The notes beneath the pieces are model-generated. The model was given only the letters and a program-made list of their open reading frames with translations, was not told where the DNA came from and searched no databases. A DNA stretch of 64,000 nt from an uncultured Planctomycetaceae bacterium (GTDB taxonomy: Bacteria > Planctomycetota > Planctomycetia > Planctomycetales > Planctomycetaceae), in assembly GCA_963813715.1 (NCBI GenBank), contig CAWFAK010000007.1, positions 32,001-96,000 on the forward strand, in the 5' to 3' direction. Shown one piece after another: positions 11,032 to 21,363 of the stretch (its first letter is position 1; every line of letters starts with the position of its first letter). The position numbers and the translations under genes are program-made.

Positions 11032-12051
11032 ATGAAATTTGCCGGCTGCGACCTACACAAGCAGACTATCACGATTTGCGTCGTCGACCAATTGCGGCGG
11101 GTCTTGGAGCGTCGGACCGTGCGTTGTGGCGAAGAGCGGAGCATCCTCGCATTTTTCGAGAGGCTCGGGGAGTTCGAGGCTGTCGTGGAAGCGACCGCCA
11201 GCTACGAATGGTTCGTGCGATTGATCGAGCCCGTGGCCCATCGCGTGTTGTTGGCTCACCCCAAGAAGCTGCGTGTGATTGCCGAGAGCACGCGTAAAAG
11301 CGATCGGCTCAACGCGCAAATCCTCGCGGAGTTCCTGGCCTTGGACATGATTCCGACGTCTTACCGGGCGACTCCGCGGCAGCATGAGCATCGACGACTG
11401 GTGCGTCAGCGGGGCGGCATTCAACGGCGATTGACCTCCGTCAAGAACCGTCTGCGCCGCATTCTCTGCGACTACAACGCGGATCGCCCCAGTCTGTTCA
11501 CCGTGGAGGGGTTGGCGTATCTCCCCCAAGTGCCCCTCTCGGGAGCGGATCGGTTCGCCGTGGATCAAATGGTCGAAGAGTTGCACTTCGGGAGGCGTCA
11601 GCTGCTGGCCGTCAACGCCCGGCTGAAGGAGTTCGCCGAGGCGGCGCCGCTCCGCGAGCAGGAAGCGCGGACGCTGTTGCGGACGATCCCCGGAGTGGGC
11701 TTCGTGACCACCGAAGTTGTGCTGGCCGAGCTGGCAGACATTGATCGCTTCGGTTCGCAAAAGCGGGTCGTCGCTTACGCAGGGCTCTCACCGGGTCAAC
11801 GCGAGAGTGCGGGCAAGAGTCGGGAGCTGCACCTGGAGAAGAACGGTTCGACGCTGCTGCGCTCGACGCTGGTCGAAGCCGCCTGGCGGCTGGTTCAGCA
11901 CTCGTTACGTTGGCGTCGGATTTATGAACGATTGAAGTTGCGCGTGCGTGCCAAGAAGGCGATCGTCGCCGTGGCCCGCCGGTTGTTGTGCCTGATGACA
12001 GCGATCTTGAAGACGGGCCAACCCTACTCGCTCAGCCAGCAACCGACTTAA
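11032..12051 (+). CDS. IS110 family transposase/recombinase
   Basis: GCDLHK, VVEAT, KSDRLNA (RuvC-like DEDD with the 4th Asp read as Asn), LRTIPGVG, YAGLSPGQRESAG and AIVAVARRL. Confidence 0.95.
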   Translation: MKFAGCDLHKQTITICVVDQLRRVLERRTVRCGEERSILAFFERLGEFEAVVEATASYEWFVRLIEPVAHRVLLAHPKKLRVIAESTRKSDRLNAQILAEFLALDMIPTSYRATPRQHEHRRLVRQRGGIQRRLTSVKNRLRRILCDYNADRPSLFTVEGLAYLPQVPLSGADRFAVDQMVEELHFGRRQLLAVNARLKEFAEAAPLREQEARTLLRTIPGVGFVTTEVVLAELADIDRFGSQKRVVAYAGLSPGQRESAGKSRELHLEKNGSTLLRSTLVEAAWRLVQHSLRWRRIYERLKLRVRAKKAIVAVARRLLCLMTAILKTGQPYSLSQQPT

Positions 12052-12300
12052 ATCCCTGACCTTGGCAGGAGAGCACAAAACAAAACATCGATCGAAAGCG
12101 CTGCGACGACCCACAGACGACCCCGCCCCCGGCCATGAAGGCGTTCCCTCAAAAGAGCGACCTTCGAAGGGTGAATGGGGCGTCTCTCGAAAGTCGGCTT
12201 CCTGGCGACATCGACGGACCTGTTCCAGACCGTTGGTGATCCCGAATAGATGGTTGAGCGTACCGCATCGCCCAGATCACCACTTCAAACGCAAAAACCA
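12052..12300 (+). ncRNA. Candidate bridge/seek RNA of the IS1111-type element
   Basis: Two stem/internal-loop modules (12115-12185 and 12234-12282) whose loop strands match the element ends and flank. RNA ends and strand are inferred. Confidence 0.6.
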
Positions 12301-12549
12301 ACCCTTGACGCTACCCTTCTCATAGATGGCCGGGGCGCTCCGCTTTGCGGAAGTCCCGGAACATGCAGTAACCTGCTGCGCTGCCAATAAGCAGGCGTCA
12401 CCGGCACTCAATTAACGCGACTGGAGACGCCCACGAAATGACCTTCCGCTGTTTTTTCCGTTTTCAAACGGGGGCTTCCGCTGCGCGAGCGCCCCCGCCA
12501 CCCGCCCGAACGAGAACCTCTAGCGACTGTCTGGTGGCCTATGTTCCCA

Positions 12550-13041
12550 ATGAGCACGCTCATCCTGCCGCTGGTTCTCGCGGCGTCGTTCGCCTGCAGC
12601 GGTTCGGCCAATCTTTGGGTGTACTTTCAGACCAAGCGGTCCAAACCGCACCTCCTTTATCTCGGCGTGTGGATCTTGTGCCTGGTCCCATTCGGTGTCT
12701 CAGCGGGCCTCGCGGACTTTAATGACTCTCCAGCCGTCCGATTCGGCGCCCTGAATCATCAGGTCCAAGAGCTCAAACAGGAATTGATCCGCAAGCAGAG
12801 CCAAGGCACGGGCGATCCGCGGGTGATGAAAGAATCTGCCGAGGGAATCCGGAAGATCGAAAGCTCGCTGGCCACCGAAAAAATGAGTGAACCGATCTTG
12901 CCGCAAGTTCCCTGGAAAGCGGTAGCGGTCGCCAGTCTGATTATCTCCGTGGTCGTCCCGGTCGGCATTTATCTGGTGCGATCCGGACGCCAGCGTCGCG
13001 CTTCGACGGGAAATGGAGTTTCCGATCAGCCGAGGCAATGA
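12550..13041 (+). CDS. Hypothetical membrane protein
   Basis: Two N-terminal hydrophobic segments, a coiled-coil-like middle and a C-terminal TM; no family recognised. Confidence 0.6.
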   Translation: MSTLILPLVLAASFACSGSANLWVYFQTKRSKPHLLYLGVWILCLVPFGVSAGLADFNDSPAVRFGALNHQVQELKQELIRKQSQGTGDPRVMKESAEGIRKIESSLATEKMSEPILPQVPWKAVAVASLIISVVVPVGIYLVRSGRQRRASTGNGVSDQPRQ

Positions 13042-13302
13042 CGCCCGCCAGCTGACTGTGGCGCTCGGCCACCCATTCCTGGTTCACTGGCCGATTTCGG
13101 CCAACGCCCCGTCGGGTCCGTTCGTATCAGTGCTGCTGTTCGTCCCAGTTAGGGTGAGATTGCGCCAGACGGGCCGAACGGCCGTGTTTTCGCGGACTGG
13201 CCCCCTTTTCGCCGATGGGTGGGGTGTGACAGACTAAATGAACGCCGCTCGTCCCGTCTTCCGGGCGGGGCCGCTTTCGATTCATCGCCCTTTGGCTTCT
13301 CG

Positions 13303-14427
13303 ATGATCTTTTTTGTTCTGGCCTGCGTCGTGCCGTCGTTTGTCATCTCGCTGTGCATGACGGCGGCGATGCGGGTGATCGCGCCGCGGATCGGGCTGAT
13401 CGATCAGCCGGCCGCGCGGAAAGTGCACAAGGTGCCGACACCGCTGGGGGGCGGGATTGGCATCGTGGCGGGAGTCGTCATTCCGCTGTTGGGGGCCGAG
13501 GTGGCCGCCCGGTTTCTGCTGCAACGAAACGATCTCCGCGAACGGCTGCTGGGAGACGCCGGCATCTCGCTCGAAGGCGTGCTCGAACGCAGGTTTCAAC
13601 TCTGGTGGATTCTGGGAGCCGGCGTCGTCCTCTCGGTGATGGGGCTGATCGACGACCGCAAAAACTTGCACTGGGTGCCCCGGCTGATCGTGCAAATCGT
13701 GGTCGCCTGCGGCCTGGTTTTCGGAGCGGGCGTCCACGCGACCGTCTTCGCTCCCCAGCCGATCATCGGCCAGGTGCTGTCCGTTTTTTGGATCCTGGTG
13801 CTGGTCAACTCGTTCAACTTTCTCGACAACATGGACGGGCTGTCGGCGGGCATCGCGCTGATTGCCGCCACCGTGCTGGCCAGCTTGATGCTCAACTCGA
13901 CCGAAACGCCCCACTGGCTGGTGGCCGGACTGATGCTCGTGCTCGTCGGCTCGCTGGTCGGGTTCTTGTGCCACAACTGGCACCCGGCCCGCATCTTTAT
14001 GGGAGACACGGGGAGCTACTTCATTGGCCTGTTGATGGCCTGCGCGACTTTGCTGGGGACGTATTATGAGTACGACGACGCGCCCGAAAGTTCGCACCTG
14101 GTGCTCGCCCCGTTGTGCATCCTGGCGATTCCGCTTTACGATTTTTGTTCGGTGATGATCATCCGCAGCCTGCAGGGGCGCAGCCCGTTCCATGCCGACA
14201 AAAGTCACTTTTCCCATCGACTGGTGGAGCTGGGACTGCGCACGAAGGGCGCGGTGTTGACCGTCCATTTGGCAACACTGACCACGGGGCTGGCCGCGCT
14301 GTTGCTTTATCGAGTTCACGATTGGCCTGGAGCCATCTTGATCCTGGCGCTGGTCGTCTGCATCCTGGCGATCATCGCCATCCTCGAGACGGCCGGGCGC
14401 AAAGGCAACGGCGGAGGACCGGGCTGA
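13303..14427 (+). CDS. WecA/TagO-like (MraY family) undecaprenyl-phosphate HexNAc-1-phosphate transferase
   Basis: RKVHKVPTPLGGG, GLIDD, NSFNFLDNMDGL, IFMGDTGS and PFHADKSHFSHRL; multi-TM. Confidence 0.92.
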   Translation: MIFFVLACVVPSFVISLCMTAAMRVIAPRIGLIDQPAARKVHKVPTPLGGGIGIVAGVVIPLLGAEVAARFLLQRNDLRERLLGDAGISLEGVLERRFQLWWILGAGVVLSVMGLIDDRKNLHWVPRLIVQIVVACGLVFGAGVHATVFAPQPIIGQVLSVFWILVLVNSFNFLDNMDGLSAGIALIAATVLASLMLNSTETPHWLVAGLMLVLVGSLVGFLCHNWHPARIFMGDTGSYFIGLLMACATLLGTYYEYDDAPESSHLVLAPLCILAIPLYDFCSVMIIRSLQGRSPFHADKSHFSHRLVELGLRTKGAVLTVHLATLTTGLAALLLYRVHDWPGAILILALVVCILAIIAILETAGRKGNGGGPG

Positions 14428-14529
14428 TGCCCGCGCGTCCGACGCACCATACGCACGCGACGAACGAGCAGACCGTTCAGGTTCCTAACCGGCGAGCAGA
14501 TCGCAACCTCATGAGCTCGATGCTTTCTC

Positions 14530-16806
14530 ATGAGCAAAGCTAAGCGAAAGGCGGCCGCGCCCACGGCTCCGTCGCGGGACGTCGCCCTCAGCACAGAGAG
14601 CGACCCATTTGCCGGGCTGCTCCGCATCCTGGTGAGCGGGCTCGTCGTCGTGCGGTGGCTCATTCCCGCCGAGTCGGCCGCCAGCGGAGACACGCTCTGG
14701 GTCGTGCAGCTCGACCTGGCCATTGTCATCCTTTGGGCGTGGGCCGGCCTTCGCAGCGGTCGCTTTGTCGTTCGCTGGAGTCTGTTCGACTCGGCCCTGT
14801 GGGCGCTCGTGGCCGCACATGGACTGTCGGCCGCTGCCGTGTTCGTCACCGGCGGCGATCGGCGGGCCGCCCTCAACATGGCCTGGGAATGGGTCGGGCT
14901 GGGAATCACGTTCTTTCTGGTGCGGCAGACGATTCAAAACGCGCTGGACGCGCGCCGTTTGGCCGCCATTCTCGTCGCCATCGCCGTGGTGCTGGGCGGC
15001 CTGGGCATCTGGCAACACTACGTCTTCTATCGATTGGCAACCCGCGAATACACGGAGATGCTCAACGAGATCGATTCGCTGGAGAAGAACCCGGGCGCGA
15101 ACGCACGGCGGTTGGGCGAGCTGCAGCTCAAACTCGAGTCGCAGGGCATTCCGACCGATGAAATGGGCGCAAGCAGTACATCAATCGGCTGCAGTTCAGC
15201 AACGAGGCGCTCGGACCATTTGCACTCGCCAACACGTTTGCCGGCTACTTGCTGGTGATGCTGCTGTTGGCGGCCGAACTTTTCCGTACGCTGGCGGGCC
15301 CGCGGGCGAAGAGCACCATCGCTGCCTGGGCGGCCGCCTTCCTGGTGCTCGTCTACTGCCTGATCCTGACCAAGAGCCGCACAGCCTGGGTCGGCCTGTT
15401 CGTCGCGGGCGCGCTGTGGGGGATCACGCTCTTGGTCCGCAATCGGCAGCGGCTCAGCCGGCGGCTGTTGTTGGGGATGGGATTGGGCGTCGTCGGCATC
15501 GGCGTGCTATTTGGGATCGCCGCGGTGGGAAAGGGCTTCGATGCGGAGGTGGTATCCGAAGCGCCCGAAATCGCTGGCCTACCGCTTTCAGTATTGGAAC
15601 GGCGCGGTCCGGACAGTCGCCGCCGCGCCTCAGACTGTGATCCTTGGCACGGGCCCCGGCAACTTTCGCCAGCACTACTTGCGGCACAAGGTCCGCGAAT
15701 CGAGTGAAGAAATTGCCGACCCGCACAATTGGCTGCTCGATCTGTGGGCCAGCGGCGGCATTCTGGCCGTTGCTGCCTTCGTTGCATGCCTGGTGTTGGC
15801 CGTCATCCCTGTGCACAGGCGGCGACTCGCCAGTGAACCGGCGGACGCCGCACCGGAACGCCTGCCGCCGTGGACATCCGATTTGCCCGGTCCGGCCCTG
15901 GGCTTCTTGCTGGCGCTCATCGCACCCGTGGCCGGGGCAAATGGCAACTTCGATTTTTCGCAGTTGGCGCTGTTCGCGATTTGGATCGTCGTCTTTGCCG
16001 TGCTCCGTCGCGGCCTGGGCACCGCGCGGCTGGCCCCCATCGCGGTGGGCGCGGCGGCCCTGGGGCTGATGATTCATCTGAGCGGAGCCGGCGGCATCGA
16101 AATGCCGGGCATGATGCAACTGTTGCTTGTGCTCGCCGCCCTGGCGTTTGCCACCGTCGACCGGCCGACCGACGCCACCGTGTCGCTGCGGCTGGTGATC
16201 GGCATCGCGGGGGTCGGCGTGGTGTTGTTCGTCGCGCTCTTTCTGACGGGAACGCTGCCCGTGCTCAATCGTCGCGCCGCGATCGCCCAGGGAGAGCAGG
16301 CCTTGTTCCTCGATGGGAATTTTGACCAGGCGAAGGACGACTTTATCCAGGCCGCCTTCCGCGATCCGCTCAGCCCGGAGCCGCACGCCAAGCTGGCCGA
16401 CGCCTTGTTCGCTCGCTGGCAGTCGAGTCCGCCCGGACTCACCGGCGACAACTTTGCCAAGGCCTGCGAGGCGTTGAAAGAAGCCATGCACCAGGATCCG
16501 CTGAACCCGTCGCACTATCGGCGGTTGGGCGAGTTCTATCTGGCGCGATTCAGCCGCACGCACGACCCGGCCGATGCCCAGGCCGCCGCCGACGCCTACC
16601 AACGAGCCATCGAGCGCTATCCGAACGACGTCGCGCTGCGCAGCGCCGACGCCCAGGCCCTGGCTGACGCCGGCAAAACCGCGGACGCCAAACAGCAGGC
16701 CAAGCAGGCGCTCGAACTGGACGAGATTAACCACCGCTGGGGCCATACGGACCGCTATCTGCCGGACACGACGCTCGCTCGGCTCAGGACGTTGGCGGGG
16801 ACGTAG
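14530..16806 (+). CDS. O-antigen ligase (Wzy_C)-like membrane protein with C-terminal TPRs (frameshifted)
   Basis: LILTKSRTAW, LGTGPGNFRQHY and DPHNWLLDLWASGG, then TPR-like helices. Pieces 14530-15258, 15249-15707, 15511-16806. Confidence 0.85.
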
Positions 16807-17119
16807 GTGAGCTAGTCGGTCGAATTAACGAGGGCCAAGGCGCGCCTCACTCGGTCCCTCTCCCCATAAATGGGGCGACAGTGATCGCCACCGTCCGGCC
16901 AGGGTTATACGTTTTCCAACAGAGTGTGGCACCAAAACGTATGAGGACAGGCGGCCGCGGGATGTCCTCGCAGCCCAACGGCCGATTCACTATCATCCCG
17001 CCATCGATCGGTCGGGTCGTTTTGCGGGCCGGTGGGCGTTCGTTCTCTCGCTCGTTTGTCCGCCTGTTGATCACTCTGTTTATCACTGCCCGGCCTTGCC
17101 GTTTCTCGAGGATTGCCGC

Positions 17120-18790
17120 ATGTCGAAGGATCTGCTGAAGGCCATCCCCTTCGCGGTCGGGCTGATTGGAATTGCCCTTTTCGTCGGGCTGCCGTCGGGT
17201 TGCGGCGATCAGATCAACCAGACCGACGCCCCGCCCCACTCGTCCGACATCCCCAGGGCCGAGCTCCCGCCGAAGATTGAAAAGGCCGGCGGCCCCGCGA
17301 AGCAGGCGTCGGCCACCACACCGCACACCAAGCCGGCCCCGCCGACGGTCAAGCCGCTGCTCAAGGGCTGGGAAAAGCCAGCCGCCACGCTCATCTTCTC
17401 CGGCGAGCAGCACGGATACATGGAGCCCTGCGGCTGCTCGGCCACGCAATCGGGCGGCTTGTCGCGACGCGGCGATTTGATCCGCCAGCTCACCGAAAAG
17501 GGCTGGCCCTTCGCCGGCTTCGACCTGGGCGACCTGGTGAAGAAGGACAATCAACAGAACAAAATCAAATACCAGGTGATGCTGACGGCGCTCAAAGACC
17601 TGGGCTACAAGGCGATGGGCCTCGGCCCCGAGGAACTGGCGCTCGAGCGGCTCGAGCCGGGCTTCTTGGTGACGCAGGGCCCGGGCCCCGGCGCCGATCC
17701 GAATCAAGATGGTCTGGGCTTCGTCAACGCGAACGTCGAATTCACGTTGTTCAAGGATCCCGGTCTTCGCCCGGCCCAGATCGCGAAGGTCGTCACGATC
17801 AACGGGCATCGCATCGGCGTGACGGCCATCTTCGGCAAGACGCTGGTGGCCGCCCTCTTCGGCGACGCGGGCGATCCGCAGATCAAGGTGAACGATCCGG
17901 CCAAGTCGCTCCCGGCCGCTATCGCCGAGCTGAAGAAGCAAAAGGCCGAGGTGCTGGTGTTGCTCTCGCACGCCGAAAAATCCGAGTCGGTCGAGCTGGC
18001 CAAAAAATTTCCCGAATTCCAGCTCGTGGCGACGGCCCGCGGTCCCGAGGACGGCGAAGACAACTTCGAACCAGTCGGCAAGTCGCTTTTGGTGATTGTT
18101 GGTGCTAAGGGAAAACACGTCGCCGTCGTCGGCTACTACCCGGACGATAAGGCGCGTCCGTTCCGGTACGAGCTGGTCGATCTCGATAAAGAACGGTTTC
18201 ACGACACGCCCAAGATGATCGACCGCATGCGCGAGTATCAGCACATTCTCACCGGCAGCTACGATGCGATCCTTAAGGACTTCGCCCAACCGCAGCATCC
18301 GAGCGGCGACACGTTCGCCGGCGTCGAAACGTGCAAGGACTGCCACACCAAGGCCTACGAAATCTGGAAAGACTCGAAGCACGCGCATGCCTACGAAAGC
18401 CTGATCACGGGTCGCGAGGGAGCGAAAAATGTCGTCCCCCGCAATCACGATCCCGAGTGCATCAACTGCCACACGACCGGCTGGGACCCGCAGGGCGACT
18501 TCCCTTACGTCTCCGGCTTCTACAGCCTGGAAAAGACGCCGAAGCTCAAGGATCAGCAGTGCGAAAACTGCCACGGTCCGGCCGCCAAGCACGTCGCGCT
18601 CGAGCTGGCCTGGAAGAAGGATCCCAAAGCGGTCAACAAGGCCGATCTCGACGCCGCCCGCAAGCGGGCCGTGCTCAAAGTGGCCGAGGTCGAAAGGACT
18701 GTCTGCGACAAGTGCCACGACTACGAGAACGATCCGAACTTCAACTTCGCCAAATACTGGCCGGAGATCGAGCACAAGGGCAAGGATTAG
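17120..18790 (+). CDS. Exported tetraheme c-type cytochrome with N-terminal 5'-nucleotidase/metallophosphoesterase-like domain
   Basis: Four CxxCH motifs (CKDCH, CINCH, CENCH, CDKCH), GYMEPCGC...GGLSRR, DLGD, VLLSH, and a lipoprotein-like signal (PSGC). Confidence 0.85.
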   Translation: MSKDLLKAIPFAVGLIGIALFVGLPSGCGDQINQTDAPPHSSDIPRAELPPKIEKAGGPAKQASATTPHTKPAPPTVKPLLKGWEKPAATLIFSGEQHGYMEPCGCSATQSGGLSRRGDLIRQLTEKGWPFAGFDLGDLVKKDNQQNKIKYQVMLTALKDLGYKAMGLGPEELALERLEPGFLVTQGPGPGADPNQDGLGFVNANVEFTLFKDPGLRPAQIAKVVTINGHRIGVTAIFGKTLVAALFGDAGDPQIKVNDPAKSLPAAIAELKKQKAEVLVLLSHAEKSESVELAKKFPEFQLVATARGPEDGEDNFEPVGKSLLVIVGAKGKHVAVVGYYPDDKARPFRYELVDLDKERFHDTPKMIDRMREYQHILTGSYDAILKDFAQPQHPSGDTFAGVETCKDCHTKAYEIWKDSKHAHAYESLITGREGAKNVVPRNHDPECINCHTTGWDPQGDFPYVSGFYSLEKTPKLKDQQCENCHGPAAKHVALELAWKKDPKAVNKADLDAARKRAVLKVAEVERTVCDKCHDYENDPNFNFAKYWPEIEHKGKD

Positions 18791-18827
18791 CAGGCCCAAC
18801 ATCGACGGCGCGAGGATTGACGGGCCC

Positions 18828-19166
18828 ATGAGCGACGAGCAGCCGACGGCGATCAAAGCCTTCCGCGATCAGGGCGTGCTCGAAGTCACCTGGCCGCGGC
18901 TGGGCGTGCGGCGGATCGCCTTTAAGACGCTGCGGGCTAACTGCCCCTGTGCCGGCTGCGTCGACGAGTTGACGGGCGTCCGCATTCTCAACGTCGACGC
19001 CATCCCGGCCAACATCGCTCCGGCCCGCATCGAGCTCTGCGGCAACTACGCCCTCAAGGTCGAATGGAACGACGGCCATTCGACCGGACTGTATACTTGG
19101 CAGAGGCTCGCTGAGATGGGAAGCGCGAATGACTCAAGCACGAATGACGAAAGAATGACCGAATGA
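18828..19166 (+). CDS. DUF971 / GBBH-like N-terminal domain protein
   Basis: LRANCPCAGC...GNYALKVEWNDGHSTGLYTW. Confidence 0.9.
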   Translation: MSDEQPTAIKAFRDQGVLEVTWPRLGVRRIAFKTLRANCPCAGCVDELTGVRILNVDAIPANIAPARIELCGNYALKVEWNDGHSTGLYTWQRLAEMGSANDSSTNDERMTE

Positions 19167-19237
19167 CCTAAGCCCGAATCGGGCTCCATCATTCGTGCTT
19201 CGAGCTTCGTGCTTCCTTCGACATTCCTGCTTCGTCA
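19136..19237. repeat. ~100-bp palindromic element built of GAATGAC/AAGCACG heptamers, copy 1
   Basis: Self-complementary arms; near reverse complement of 21199-21300. Confidence 0.85.
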
Positions 19238-19288
19238 TTAGGGTTTTCGTCACCGACTCTCTTTCGCTCAACACAACCCCGTGGGCGC

Positions 19289-19888
19289 ATGAACTCTGCC
19301 GAGACATTTGAAGTCGAGCTGAAGTTTCCGATTTCCGACGCCGACGACATGACCCTCCAGCTGTTAGCTCGCGGCGCGCGGCGGGGTGGGATCGTCGAGC
19401 AGAGCGATCTCTATTTCCAGCATCCGTCGCGCGACTTTCGCCAAACGCACGAGGCCCTGCGGCTACGGAAGACACGCGACGGCGTGCGGATCACCTACAA
19501 AGGGCCAATCATCGACACGCGAACCAAAACCCGCCGCGAGATCGAGCTGCCCGTCGGCCGCGGGACCGGAGACTTCGATCAGCTTCGCACGCTGCTCACG
19601 GTGCTTGGCTTCGAGCCGGTCCGCGGGGTCGACAAGGTTCGCGCCATTTATGAACTCATGTGGGAAGGTCGCGAGCTGGAATTGGCGGTCGACTCGGTCG
19701 AGGGCCTGGGGACGTTTCTGGAGATCGAATCGCTGGCCCAAGAGCACGATCGCGAGACGGCCCGCGACGCGATCCTGCGGCTGGCGGAAAATCTCGGCCT
19801 GAAAAACTCGGAACGCCGTTCCTATTTGCAGCTCTTGACCGAGCAGTCGGAGGCCGCAAAGTCTGCCGGCGAGAAACCGGCGGAATAA
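19289..19888 (+). CDS. CYTH-domain protein (class IV adenylate cyclase CyaB-like)
   Basis: FEVELKF (ExExK), QSDLYF, ALRLR, ITYKGP, KTRREIE and LGTFLEIE. Confidence 0.9.
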   Translation: MNSAETFEVELKFPISDADDMTLQLLARGARRGGIVEQSDLYFQHPSRDFRQTHEALRLRKTRDGVRITYKGPIIDTRTKTRREIELPVGRGTGDFDQLRTLLTVLGFEPVRGVDKVRAIYELMWEGRELELAVDSVEGLGTFLEIESLAQEHDRETARDAILRLAENLGLKNSERRSYLQLLTEQSEAAKSAGEKPAE

Positions 19889-19934
19889 AGTGGCGACGTC
19901 GGCTTTTGCCCGGGATTTTGGCTCCTGAAAAGAC

Positions 19935-19980
19935 TTGTCAAAAGCCGATTGACAATATAGTATCTTTTTGTACACTAGTG
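19935..19980 (+). promoter_or_regulatory. recA promoter with overlapping inverted repeat
   Basis: TTGACA (19949-19954), 16 nt, TACACT (19971-19976). Inverted repeat TTGTCAA-N7-TTGACAA at 19935-19955 and palindrome CACTAGTG at 19973-19980. Confidence 0.7.
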
Positions 19981-20024
19981 CGAGCTCGGGATGAGACCAT
20001 CGCAAAATTCGGACCAAACGCAGG

Positions 20025-21189
<1,165 letters not shown>

Positions 21190-21198
21190 CAAACAGGC

Positions 21199-21300
21199 TG
21201 ACGAAGCACGAATGACGAAAGAAGCACGAAGTCCGAAGCACGAATGGATGTCACTCCTTCGTGCTTAGGTCATTCAGTCATTCTTTCGTCATTCGTGCTT
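21199..21300. repeat. ~100-bp heptamer-built palindromic element, copy 2 (inverted relative to copy 1)
   Basis: TGACGAAGCACGAATGACGAAAGAA...TTCTTTCGTCATTCGTGCTT directly after the recA stop. Confidence 0.85.
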
Positions 21301-21363
21301 CGGATTTTTCGCTTCCGGGATGCTGCCCCTTGGGTGTTGTCGCCGGCCCGCTACCATTACGGG

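Larger units (their letters stand above)
10926..12327 (+). mobile_element. IS110-family insertion sequence, IS1111 type
   Basis: Transposase with a long 3' non-coding region. Sub-terminal imperfect inverted repeats (CTATGAGGAGCGGTA at 10932 and TACCCTTCTCATAG ending 12325) sit 7 nt and 3 nt inside GG dinucleotides at 10924-10925 and 12328-12329 when measured from the TATGAG/CTCATA core. Confidence 0.8.

Noticed and set aside
12305..12329. Complete circle-junction promoter of the IS
   Set aside because: A TTGACG -35 is present, but the reconstructed junction gives no convincing -10 at 16-18 nt spacing.
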